In this document: piece by piece, positions 1 to 11,600 of the stretch
Position numbering within the stretch: the first letter of the stretch is position 1
Layout: every line of letters starts with the position of its first letter
Source: Peribolospora baueri
Lineage: Eukaryota
Assembly (NCBI GenBank): GCA_029717555.1
Contig: JAMDHS010000047.1
Span: 124,001 to 174,346 of the forward strand
Length of the DNA stretch: 50,346 nucleotides
Direction: 5' to 3'
Made by a program: the position numbers and the translations under genes
Notes under the pieces: model-generated
Told to the model about the DNA's origin: nothing
The model's database searches: none
Seen by the model: the letters and a program-made list of their open reading frames with translations, nothing else

Positions 1-3000
1 ATGATGGACGAGGGCGATGACAACGACGGCGGACCCCAGAACGGCGCCGGCCACCCTCGCACAGAGCCCGCTTCCTCTTCTAGCATCCACCAGGGCAACC
101 TTCCTTCCACCTCGACTCCTTCGACCACCTCGACCTCGACCTCGCTCTCGCCCTCGCCCTCCGTCCCCGTCTCCATCCCCCACTCGCCGCCTCGCGCAGC
201 TCATCCCTCCCCCCGCTCCCACCCCAGCGTCACCTTCTTCTCCAGCACATCCTCGTCCGCCGCTGGGCCCTCCCGCTCGCGTCACATCGACCGCGACGGC
301 AGTCTGCCCAGCATGCCGCCCGCCCACTTTCCCCATCCCCACCGCATGGACGACATGCGCCACGGCGCAGACGAATACTTCCTTGGCGGTACAGACGTGC
401 TCGACATGCAGCCAACCGCCCTCCAGCAAGCCGACCGGGACGGCGATGCGGACGGCAACTGGCATGATCATCAGGCCACCCTCGTCGGAAGAGCCTATGC
501 CAATACCAACGGCAAGAATAGGAAGCTGGCTTCCGTCGGTGAGTAGTCGCCCGTCGGCTTTGGCGTTCGCGTCCTGTACCCCCGCCCCGCCGCCTTCGGA
601 CGAAGAACCCTCGGGTTGTCTGTGCGCTATAGGTCTCCATGGCCATCGTCCGCGCTCACGCCCATCTTCTTCCCTTTGCTCCCGTCCCGCCACTCTCTAT
701 CACTATCACCGCAGAACCCGTCATGCTAGAGGAAGACCCCCTCCGCGCCCCTCACCCTCCCTTCATCGACGAGGACGGCGGCCGCGCCTCGCTCGAGTCT
801 GCCGCCTCCAGCGCCACCGACGAGTCCGACTTTGACTGGGAGGCAGAGGACGAGACATCGTCCCACATCGGTGCCGCCGAAGGGTCCAGGCGCGCCAAGC
901 GCCTCCGCAAGGTCTACCTGTCCTGTCTCCGTCTCGCCCGGCCCGTGCGCATCTTGCTCGTTGGCTTGTTCGGCACGGCCTTCTGCATAGTGCCCACCAT
1001 CGTCGTCGTCGTCTGCTTCCCCGACAACCCCGCCCGCGCGCAGGTCGAAGCTTGGTCGATCTGGATCTCCATCGTCTTCGCTGCCGCCTGCGGTACCCTT
1101 CTCTTCGTCGACCTCGTCCCGGACCTCGCCCTTCGCCTGTGCCACTGGGTGTATGGAAAGGTGCCGGAGTACTTCAAGACCTGGGTCGAGCTGTTCATGG
1201 CCGTCCGGAACTGGGTCCAGCTCACGCTCATCGTCACCTGGGCGTGGATATCGTTGAGCGGCACCACCAGCGTGGCCCTCCGCAACCAGCCCACGCCCCA
1301 CTATTTTCACTACGTGAACGAGGTCCTTCAGGCCCTCTTCGGCACTTCTATCGTCCTCCTCGCCGAGAAGACGCTCCTCCGCGTCATCGCCATCAATTTC
1401 CACCGTACCGCCGTCAAGGATCGCTTGGATCAGAACGCAAAGGCTCTCCGCGCCCTCGACAAGCTTCACGAGGTCAAGTTCATCGCCAAGAAGAGGAACG
1501 CCGGGAACCGGAGGAGCGGGTTTTGGCCGGCCGCCGCCACCCCTGGCACCAGTCGACCCAACACGCCCGGCGCCGGCGTTGGCGTCTTTTGGGGCTCTTC
1601 CGACGCTGGAGCAGGCACTTCGGCTTCCAGAGCCCAGCAGGGCCAGCAGCAGCGCCCTGGGACGCACCTCCGCCAGAGGAGCAAGAGCGATTTCGAGGAA
1701 GTCAAGCTCAGTCCGCCCCAGAGTCAGTCCGTCAGTCGGTCCAACGTGAGTGCTCGGCATAAAAAATTGCGGACGTGGGTGAGCGTGTGGATGCGAATAA
1801 GCTGACGGTTGATTCTTGACCTTTGGAATGCTTCAGTCGTCGCACCATCATCACCACCACCATGTCCACGGTTTTCACCATGGCCACCACCACCAGCACC
1901 CACACCACGACCAACACCACGAAAAGAAAAAGAAGGTACCGGCACCGGTCCACCTGGCCTCCAAGGCGGCCAACAACATCGCCGACGCGCTCGCCGCGGC
2001 GACGCTCAAGGACTCGTCCTTCTACAAATCGCGAGAGATCGGCTCGGAGTATAGCGCGCGCAGGCTCGCCAGGAAGCTCTTCGAGAACCTCATCAAGAAA
2101 CACGACCACCGTCAGGGCGGCGGCGTGGGCGTGGGCATGGACGAGCCTAAGACGGAGCTCGTCGTCGAGGACTTTTTCCCTTACTTCAAGACAGAGGCCG
2201 AGGCCAAGGAGGCGTTCAGCCTGTTCGACAGGGATAACAACGGGGATATCAGCAAGAGCGAGATGAAGGACGCGGTGCAGGTGAGTGAAACTCTTTCGGT
2301 TTTGTTTCCTTCTCCGCTCTCCTTTCGTTCCACCGTCGCGTCCGTCCGAATGACCGGTGTGCGTCCCGTTCACCCTCCCTTCGCCCGCAGCGCATCTATC
2401 GCGAGCGTCGAGCGCTGGCGACCTCGCTCAAGGACATGAGCAGCGCCGTGTCCAAGCTCGACGGCGTGCTCCTCGGCGTGAGCCTCGTGGTGATCATCTT
2501 CATCTGGCTCCTCGTCTTCGACCGCAGCTCGACGATGGCCAACATTGTCCCGCTCTCCACCGTCGTCGTCGGCTTTTCTTTTGTTTTCGGCAACTCGGCC
2601 AAGACCATCTTTGAGTCGCTCGTCTTCATCTTTGCCACCCACCCGTACGATGTTGGCGATCTCGGTGGGTCCCCTAGTCAAGCTGGAGGCGATGTGCAAC
2701 TGCAGACCTCGTTCGTCTACGCTGAACACGGTTTCCTTTTTTTCCTGACAGTGTTCATCGACAGCGAGCCCATGTTCGTAAAAGAGTTTGGGATGATCTC
2801 CACCGTCTTCCGTCACGTCCTCGGACAGGAGATCGTGGCTCCCAACGCGATGCTCGCGACGAAGAAGTATATCCACAATTGCCGGCGCAGCGGGCCCCAA
2901 TGGGAGACGACGCAGTTGGTGAGTGCCGGCGGGCCGGGAAGATGGTAGTAGATTTTCTTTTTGCTTACCCGCTCCGTCTGGTCTGGTCTTGGCCGGGACA

Positions 3001-3550
3001 GCAAATCAACTTTGAGACGCCGCTCGAGGTGATCCACGAGCTCCGGGCGCGGATGCGGGCGTGGATCCAGGAGAACGAGCGAGAATGGGGCGGAAGCTTT
3101 GACATCAACCTGGAAAAGATCCAAAACTCGAACTTGACCGTGCTCACCTGCGCCTTTGACCATAAGAGCAACTGGCAGGAGTGGGGCGTGCGATGGGAGA
3201 GGAGGACGAAACTGATGAAGAAGCTCAAGAGCGTCGTCGAGGAGCTCGGCTTGGCCTACAGGCTTCCCATGCAGCCCGTCTCCTTCCACCCGTCCTCGGG
3301 CCCGCCGCCTTGGGCGGCCGCCGGGGCGCGGTCGTCGAACGTCGTCGTCGACTCGGCCTCGTCCGTCCGCGGCGGGAGGAGCCCGATCGGGCGCACGACA
3401 ACGCTCCACGTCCCCTCCGCGGCCAGTCTCCGTTCTCCCGGGCCGGAACAAGGCCTGCAGGACCAGGGGAGACCGCCGCTGAGGGTGGATACTGAGCAGA
3501 CATTCACGCCGGCTGGGGCGCACGGGGCGGCGAAGATGCCAGAGGCTTGA
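1..3550 (+). CDS. MscS-family (Msy1/Msy2-like) mechanosensitive ion channel with EF-hand, 6 exons
   Basis: Exons reconstructed at 1-538, 715-1778, 1837-2280, 2391-2664, 2752-2918 and 3002-3550 with GT-AG introns that keep the frame. N-terminal TM helices; LLAEKTLLRVIAINFHR..DRL; YSARRLARKLF; EF-hand DRDNNGDISKSE; MscS core FVFGNSAKTIFESLVFIFATHPYDVGD; IHNCRRS; HKSNWQ..RWERR. Confidence 0.93.
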
Positions 3551-4045
3551 CGTGTCGGTTTTTTTTTTCTCTCCTCTTTTTCGCGGCGGCCGAGGTTCAT
3601 CGTTGAACGCACGCGCATATGGCATAAGGGATGATGGATGGATGGATAGATAGATAGACGGCGATGGCGCATGGCCGTTTTTCACTCTGCTCTCTTCGGT
3701 TTCGCGGCCCGCGCCGTCCCACCCGCGCTTTTGCCCCTCGATGGGGATGGACAGGAGGGACGGACGGACGGATGGACGAATGGGCCGGGCTGGCTGGCTT
3801 CTTCTCGGCTCGCTCCGTACTACGTCTTTGGGAATTCTTTTTTTTTTTGTTTGGCCTTTTTTTCGTTTGTACGTATGTACGTATGGTATGGGCAGATGAG
3901 ATGGCGTGGGGATTGGAATGGGACTGCGGTTTCAGACGCTCGCTCGCTCGCGCGATCGGTGAAGAAGATGATGATGAGATAATGGCGTGCGTGCGTGTGG
4001 CCAGCCCACACACGGCACGGCGCACGGGAGACGGTGAAACCGCAT

Positions 4046-4080
4046 TCGGTCGGTCGGTCGGTCGGTCGGTCGGTCGGTCT
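4046..4080. repeat. (CGGT)n tetranucleotide microsatellite within an SSR-dense intergenic tract (3600-4520)
   Basis: tcggtcggtcggtcggtcggtcggtcggtcggtc is seen directly; (GGAT)n, (AGAT)n and (GGAC)n runs lie nearby. Confidence 0.95.
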
Positions 4081-4854
4081 GTGAGAAACCGAATTCGGTG
4101 GTGGCCTCGGTGGCAGGACCGGTTCGTTCCGCCATGATATCTATCCTCCTTCATATGAATGACCCCCCATGATCACCTGGCAGGCCGGTCCGGCCAGGAT
4201 GGACGGACGAACGAAGTTGAACCGAACGCGAACGCGAAGCGAACCGATCGATCCGGTGGATAGGATAGGTTGGCCTCGCCCGTTCTCGGTCGGCCGGTCG
4301 GTCGGTAGGTGCGCTCGAACGTGGACACACACACGCGTCGCGTCATTTTCGCTCTTCGCCCTTCGCTCTGGGGTGCGCAACTTTTTTTTTTTCTCGCGCT
4401 TTCATTTAATTATTTTTTCTCCCTTTGCGGACGAATCGATCGATGGACGACGGATGGATGGGACGAAGTGTGCGACGGACGGACGGACGGACGTCCGAAA
4501 GACACGTGCTGGATTTCGGGCCGCGGCGAGGGCCAGCTCGTCGTTGTCGTCGATGGGACGCTCGGAGGATGTAGAGACGGAAAGGAGGAGCAAGAGCAGA
4601 CGCAAGGCCGGGGCCGGGGCGCGATAAGGAAGGAGCACGTGAAGGCGCTGGATGTATATGTACTCGGGCGGGCTCGTCCGACCGTCGATAGTATACGCAT
4701 ACGCATAGCCGTTCCTCTCGCCCGCACCGAACGCGGGCGTCGTTTGGGGTAATCGGTGCGACGCGGTGCTGCATCGGCTTGCGTGGAACCGGCCTCTAGT
4801 ACACCGGCCTCTGGTCCAGCATCTAATTTACTTATCATGTCGTTCCCTTCTTAG

Positions 4855-5168
4855 GTACTCTCCGGAGGTGCTCCCCATCTTCGTTATCATTGGTGGCGCT
4901 GTTGGTGGCGCCGCGTGGTACGTCACCCGCCTCGCTCGCGGCCCCGACGTCGTTTGGGACCGCAAGGGCAACCTCAAGCCCTGGCAGGACGTCAAGCCCG
5001 GCACCAACACCAAGCTCTACGCTGTCAACAAGGAGGCCTTCAACAAGAAGTGAGTCAATCGAACCGGCATTTTTTTTGCTGTGTTACCCGCACGTTCATT
5101 ACCAGTCCTCTGACTTCTGACGTTTTTGCCTGTTCGGCTCTGGCTTCAGGTGGTCCCGCGACGTTTAA
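4855..5168 (+). CDS. NDUFA4: NDUFA4/MLRQ-family small mitochondrial respiratory-chain subunit (start exon not found)
   Basis: YSPEVLPIFVIIGGAVGGAAWYVTRLARGPDVVWDRKGNLKPWQDVKPGTNTKLYAVN matches the B12D/MLRQ pattern (PE.xPL, one TM helix, LxRLA..PDV.W, N..PW). Intron 5050-5149 joins a final exon KWSRDV* with the stop at 5166-5168. An acceptor TTAG ends at 4854. Confidence 0.88.
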
Positions 5169-5447
5169 AATTCTCATAGACTTGATTTTCTTTGTGCACT
5201 AGTTAGATGGCTAGAGTGCTTTCTTTTCGTCTAGGATCGGGTTGAATGCTGGGTGAGAAAAACCATTCCGGACGCACGTCCAACACCTAAGAGGTGCCTA
5301 GTTCGATTCTTTTATCACGACGAGGCCGACATTCGAGATGGAGCTCGCTACCTCAATCCGATTGTGATAAAGAAGATTGAGGCCATAATCCCGACGTAAC
5401 AGTCAAAGCGGATAAAAAAAGCGCTCGGACCATGCTCCCTCCAGCTC

Positions 5448-5955
5448 TCAAGACTCTGACTTCCTGGGCCTTCCGCGACCCCTAGGCGTTCCGTCCGGAT
5501 TCAACTTCTTCGGCGGCCGAGGCTTCTTCTCCGACTTGGGCTTGCGTGGACGGCCGCGACCACCCTCGTCACCGGATTGGAGACCTGGGCCGTCGATCCC
5601 AAGGAGTTGGCCGACGAGCTGAGGGTCAAAGTCGGGGCCAGCGCGACTGGTGGATTTGGGTTCTAGATTTATTTGATTAGGTGGCTTCGAGGTAGTCTTT
5701 GCATCCAGTCGAGTCACGCGCTCATGATCATGACGACCTTTTTTCCTTCCCTGTCTCCTTGCTCGTCTGCTTTGCTCTTCCGCCACCGCCCAAAAGTCAC
5801 TCCTCTTCCCAAATCCACTCCCAAGCACCCACAATCAGAGCTGCTCGTGCAAAGAAAGAACTCCACGGGGGGGTCGAAGGCAGAGAACTTGCCCTCGTTG
5901 TAGACTCCCACGCCCGACGAACATCCCTTCAGCGTTGTGCGAAGTACAAATTTGG
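5448..5955 (-). CDS. 3' exons of an unknown protein with two AT-hook motifs (5' extent unresolved, possibly to about 6500)
   Basis: The terminal exon encodes GRGRPRKPKSEKKPRPPKKLNPDGTPRGRGRPRKSES*. A GC-AG intron (GCAAGT donor near 5892, CTAG acceptor near 5662) links in frame to an exon KFVLRTTLKGCSSGVGVYNE. Confidence 0.55.
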
Positions 5956-7539
5956 CTATTCAAACAGTCAAACTGAGCGGAACCGATCACGAACCGAGTC
6001 AATCCCTCAGTCAATTCCGGGCTCATAAGACAATGAAGCAACAGAAGTGTCACCGACAGTGCCGTCCAAGTTTGCGTCCAAGTTTGAGCTCAGACTTGAC
6101 CCCATCTAGTTCTTCTTTGAACTTAGACATATCAAAAGCATTTTGTTCGACATCCTTGCCACTACGGTTGGGGTTTCCCCCCCGTTTCGAATCCTGTCGG
6201 CCCAGACGGTCGCAGGACCCTTTTTCTCGCTCCGGTTCGGAGAAGAGGAGAGGCGAAGGTTGCTGGGGAAGAGAAGAGGGATGGGAACGAAGACAAAGAG
6301 TGTCATTTATACGGCAGCGACTGGGATTCCAGGGCCGAACCCCATCCTGAAACTTAGCCGATAAGTGGGTCTCATTCAGAGATATATCGCATCCGTCGTA
6401 GAGCGTTTGCGTCGTCGAAGCATCAAAGCATCTGATGCTTCGCTCGCGAACTACACAACAACGGATGGGGCAGACGTATCCGGCGAAGATGCGTGCGACC
6501 AGCCGAAACGACGCGACGCCATTTCAAACTCGGTGGTTTCGGGGGAATGGCGAGGGAAGCGGAGGTGGCAGGGGATGTAGGTGAGGAGAACGGTGTTAGC
6601 GATGTCTCAAAAGGCAAAACTGGGCGGCAGAAAGCAGGTCATTGGGTGTCAAAGAAAGGCGGAGGTGGGCGGTGACCGGAAAGCAAGGAAGGCCCGGCCC
6701 AATTTCTTTCCCTCTGGCCCAGGCTGAACTGGGGACTGGGATTGGGCACACACGGGAGCCGATGGGGTGACGGGGACAAGGGTTAGGAAAACTGGGGCGA
6801 GGCAGGAAAGGAGGGGACAAGGAAGGGCACAGTGGAGAAAGAAGAAGATGAGCAGCGACAAAGATATTCTCGAACTCTGGGGAATCGACAGGAGAGCGCC
6901 CGAGAGGGAGGCCAACGTATACAGGGGAGATGGGTTGGAGCACGTCTGCGACGAAGGAGTAGTAAATCACCTTTGAACACGACGAAGCTAGAAAGTACGA
7001 GTCCAGGCACGACCCGCCCTGCCCACAGACTTCAGCGCAGGCACGTAAAAGAGCACGAATTTTAGGGTTAACGTGTTGCTGCGGCAGGTACTCGTCGTCG
7101 CCGCCGTCTTTTTTTTCGCCATCACAGCGATCAATCCCACGACTCGCTCGTCTCGTCTCCCATCCCCCCTGTCCATAGTCATTAACGTGAGATGAGGATG
7201 GGACGTAGTAATGTGCACGAGCCAAGTGATCAGCTGCGGCCTATATCCCTCTGTGGTTGCGCTACGGCGTTTGCCCTGCCCTCCTCGTACCAACGGGAGA
7301 GGAGGACTGGAAGATCGGCCATAGATACTTCCATTTCCGTGGAGACCTCCTCCTCGTATGGGGGGCTATGGCCTTTTTCAAGCGAGGAGGTCTGACGGAC
7401 GGGCAGATCCGGAGCGGGCTTTTTTTTTCTCCCCTTATTTTCCTTTGCCTTTCGCCTTTTTGCCTTTTCCGCGGCCGCATGGCATGCCATGCCGAAAGGT
7501 TTGCCTCTGTCTGTGCCCGCGCTCATCGGCGTCCGTGCG

Positions 7540-8020
7540 TGTGCGTGCGTGTGTATTCTGTGCGTGTGTGTGTGTCTCGGTCGCGTCTCCACGCCTCGCT
7601 TCGGCCGCCTTCCGTTCGGGAATCGTTTTGTCCTCGGCTCGGCGATGGCGATCTATCTATCTATCTGTCCACCTCCTCCTCCTCCCTCCCTCCCTCCCTC
7701 CCTCCGTCCATCCGTCGTCGGTCGGGTCGGGTCGAGTTGAGTCGAGCCGAGTCGAGCCGAGTCGAGTCGAGCCTCGGAGTGCGATCCGAGTTTGCCGCCG
7801 CCGCGTCGTCGCTCGCCTCTCGCCCCTCGTCGCGGTAGCTCGCCCGATGCGATTTCGATTGTGATTGTGATTGCGATTGCGATGCGATGCGATGCGATGC
7901 GATGCTATCGAATTCGATTGCGATCCGATTCCCGGCCAGTCCAGTCCAGTCCAGTCCAGTCCCTCGTGCCAGCCGAAGCGATGCTGGCGGCCCAACCGGG
8001 AGACAGACAGACAGACAGAC
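7540..8020. repeat. Cluster of different microsatellites upstream of the Ecl1-like gene: (GT)n, (CTAT)n, (CCCT)n, (GAGYC)n, (GATGC)n, (CCAGT)n, (AGAC)n
   Basis: Seen directly, e.g. gatgc x5 at 7881-7905, ccagt x5 at 7936-7960, agac x5 at 8001-8020. Confidence 0.95.
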
Positions 8021-8535
8021 ATACAGTCGGATGGACAGATTGCCGTCGCCCGGACGCCGTCCCGAACCGTCGCTTTGGCTCTTCACTCCGCACTCCCCCA
8101 CTTTGTTCCTCCCTCCCTCCCCTCCGCCCGCCCACCGCCACCGCCACCGCCACGCCTTCTTATTCCCATATACCCTTTCCGACCGCCGACCGCCGACCGC
8201 CGATCCTCATCCCCCATCCCCATCCCGGTCCCTCACCCCCTTCACGCCGACTTGTGTGAGTGAGTGTGTGAGACAGACAGAACACGCCACCTCCCCCAAA
8301 CCACCACCACCTCCCCGCCACTCACCTCAACCGGACTCGGACTCCATCCAGTCCTGCCTTTCTCCGCCCTCCCACCAGCCACCTCGCAACCTTCCACCCC
8401 GCTTTCATCCCCCTTTCCTCGCCCATCGATCGTCCCTCGTCCCCGTCCCCGGTCCCCGATCTCACCCTCTCTTCCTCTCATCGCCCCGCCCATCCCCATA
8501 ATTCCCTCTCCCTCCCACCCCCTCCTCTTCTCTCC

Positions 8536-8580
8536 CTTCTCTACCACGCCCTTCTCTACCACGCCCTTCTCTACCACGCC
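8536..8580 (+). repeat. 15-bp tandem repeat (CTTCTCTACCACGCC) x3 in a pyrimidine-rich putative 5' leader intron
   Basis: Three consecutive copies lie just before the CCCAG acceptor at 8591-8595. Confidence 0.9.
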
Positions 8581-8600
8581 TCCTCTCTCCCCCAGCTGCC

Positions 8601-11600
8601 ATGCTCGACGACGCCTCCGACTTCTCCGACCCAGAGGCCGAGGTCGAACCCGAGGAAGTGTCGTGGAACAACGCCTACTGCCTCAATTGCGATCGCCTCA
8701 TTCCCCCTCCGACCCCCCTCGACCTCTCGCCCTCGCCCGCCGTCGCCGCCGCTAACGTAAACGTGAACGTCGCCCGCCAACGGCCCCCAGCGCCCCCCTC
8801 GCGACCGCCCCTCGGCAGGAGCGCCAGTTCCGGGTCCGCCTCGGGCTCGGGCATCAAGCGCAACTCCGGCACCATCAAGGCCCGCTCCGGCTCCCACTCC
8901 TCCGCCGGCTCCTCCGCCGCCGGTCATGTCTCCACCAGGCAGCACGTCGTCGGCGGTGGCCTCGCCGGGAGGAGGAACAACTCTGCCGCTCGCCTCGCCG
9001 GCCCCGGCGGCGTCTTTGGCGGCCTCGGCGGCGGCGGTGGCATGATGACCGCTCTCAAGCTTACGGCCAGCAGAGAGAAGGAGAAGGAGAAGGAGAAGGA
9101 AAAGGGGAAAGAGGCCTCCGCTGCTGCTGCAACGGTCGCCGCAAAGGCGGCAGAGGTGGAGCGAGAACGACTGAGGGCAGAAGCGGAGCGGAGGGCCAGA
9201 GTCGACCCTCCGCCGTTGTACTGCTCTGACGAGTGCCGTCGGGCCGACGAGCGACGGTCGAGCTTGCTCCCCTCCTGGCTCGCCACTGGATCCAACCACC
9301 AACACCGCCCTCTTCCTCTTCCGCCCCCGCACTCGCCCGCCGCGCCCATCATGGCTCCCCAAGCCCAGCACCCCGTCTCGCACCTCGCCAAGCTCACCGT
9401 GCGGACACCGGATGAGTGTGTGCCTTCGGGCGCGTCCGACACTACCGAGAATAGCAACGGCAACAGCAACAGTAATACCAACAGTATCAGCAATAGCAAT
9501 AGCAACAGCAACAGCGCCGGCGCGTCCGACTACTTCTCCAGACGCCCCGCCGTCGGTACCTCCGCCACCGCAGACCGTCGAGGCTCGACGGCCTCCAGCA
9601 GCTCTGGCGGCGGCGGCGGCGCGCATGCCTACGACCCTCAGGTGCCGGCCAAGACGTCTCCCTCTTCCCTCTTTTCCGGCGCCGACTCGACCAGTTCTCT
9701 GCTTCAGCGGAGCCAGAGGGATCACGTTGATAGGCAGCGTGATCACGCCCACGCCTCCGCGTCCAAGGCGCAGGCGCGCACGGCAGAGGCGGATGGAGCG
9801 CAGGCCGCCAAGGCAAAGCCCGACGTCGACGCCGACGCCGGCCGTGTCGTTCCTTCCTACCCCACCGACCGACGGCCGACCGACCGCGCCGCGACCGCGT
9901 CCCCGCGAGTGCAGCAGGTCCAGTTCGGCGGCCACGCGCCCACAGACGCCGACGCCGACGCATCCTCTTCTCCTTCTACCTCCGTCCCCGTCCTCTCCTC
10001 CACCTTGCAATCCGGCCTCCGACGACAAACCTCTCCGCCGGTCCAAGCTTTTTCTCCCTCCGCCACCGCCTTGGACGCCGACGCGGTCGCGCGCAAGTCC
10101 TCCTTCGCCGCCCTTCGCGACGGCAGGGCCGAACTGGCGGGTCGCCCAGGTTTTTATCCCACCCCGAGCGCGCTCGACTTGTTCAACAACTACGCTCTTT
10201 ATCACGCCGGTCACCCGTCTGCGGCAGCGCACTCGCCCCCGAGGAGCGCTGCCCTCGTCGGCCCCGCCGTGCGCAGCCCCTCGTCCGCTTACTTTTCGTC
10301 TCCACTCCCGCCCCCGGCTCTCAGCCCGACGGTCGACGAGGCCGCCGTGTGGGATGCTGATCGGGATCGGGATCGCGATCGGTATCCCCCACTCGACCGG
10401 TACCCTCCGCCGCCGCCCGGTTCGGGCTCGACTTCGCGCGCCGCCGCCGTCGTCGTCGTCGGTCGCACGTCCCCTTTGGACAGGCGCCTATCCGGCGTCG
10501 GCAGCCCTGAGAAACGTCTTATGGGCCTTCACGGCTCGTCCCCCGTCGCCGCCGTCGCCGTCACCGACGTTCGCCGTCATTCTCATGTCCTTTCGTCCCC
10601 TCGCTATCCTTCTGTCTTTGCTTCTGCTTCTCCATCTGCATCTGCATCTGCATCTGCTTCTGCTTCTGCATCTGTTTCTACTTCTGCATTTGCGTTTGCT
10701 ACTCCTTCCGCCTCGGGCTCGGGCTCCGTCTCCGTCTCAGGCTCCGGAGGTTCGCACGGCTCCGCCAACACTGCCACCACCGTCTCTGCCTCGCGCCGCC
10801 ACGAGCGCGACCGTCGCCGTCGCTCCAGCAGCTCCAGCGGGCCCCCCGCTCCCGCTCTCGTCCTGCCCTTCGTCGGCTCCCCCTCCAGATCCGCCTCCGC
10901 CGCCCGCTCCACGCCCACCACCGCCGCCTTCTCTCACCATGTTTACTCTACCAGCGCCGGCGCAGCTGGGGATTGGGAGGAGGAGGAGGATCGAAAGAAG
11001 ATGTTGGTTTCTGGGCGGCATTCGGGTGTGTGGGGGCGGGGAGATGGCGATGGTGATGGTGATGGTGGGGGTGGTGGTGAGGGCGGGCGTGATGTCCAAA
11101 TACTGGACGACGAGGGCACAGAAAGGAGAGAAGGTGGCGGCGAGTTTGAAGAAGGTGCGCGGGAGGCGAACTCGGATACGGATAGGGTTCGGCAGAGGAG
11201 GAGGAGGAGGAGGAGCAGTGCGGCTATTGGTAGCCTCAAGCTCGCTGGGGGATTTGCGAGCAAGGAGGAGCGGGAGGAGTTGGAGAGGGAGAGGGAGATG
11301 GAGCGCCGGAGTTCTCCTGCCCCTTTCGCCGGGGAGATGAAGGGCTCCGCGCGCTCTTCCGCCGCCAGCACCCTTCGCGCTTTTCCTGCGTCGGAAGCCA
11401 CAGACATCGTTTCTCCCGACGTTGTCGTCGTCGGCGGTCGGCGCCCGCCTTTGAACCCGAAATCTCATCACCCGAGCCGACGGCAGAGCTCCAACTCGAG
11501 CGTGACCGCCCTCCCGCCTTTGCTCGGACCCGGCCTGTCGCGCTCTCACACTCCCTCCTCCGAGGCCATTGCCGCCGAGGAGGCCAGACGCAACAGGGCT

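Noticed and set aside
5205..5312. A-box-like TGGCTAGAGTG and B-box-like GTTCGATTC followed by TTTT (possible tRNA or Pol III gene)
   Set aside because: No T-stem or acceptor-stem pairing is present, and it lies in the NDUFA4 3' flank.
7060..7071. TTTAGGGTTA telomere or telo-box-like motif
   Set aside because: It is a single short copy, compatible with chance.
6596..7592. 209-aa and 120-aa minus-strand ORFs
   Set aside because: They have no recognisable motifs, and the sequence looks like a pyrimidine-rich promoter or leader.
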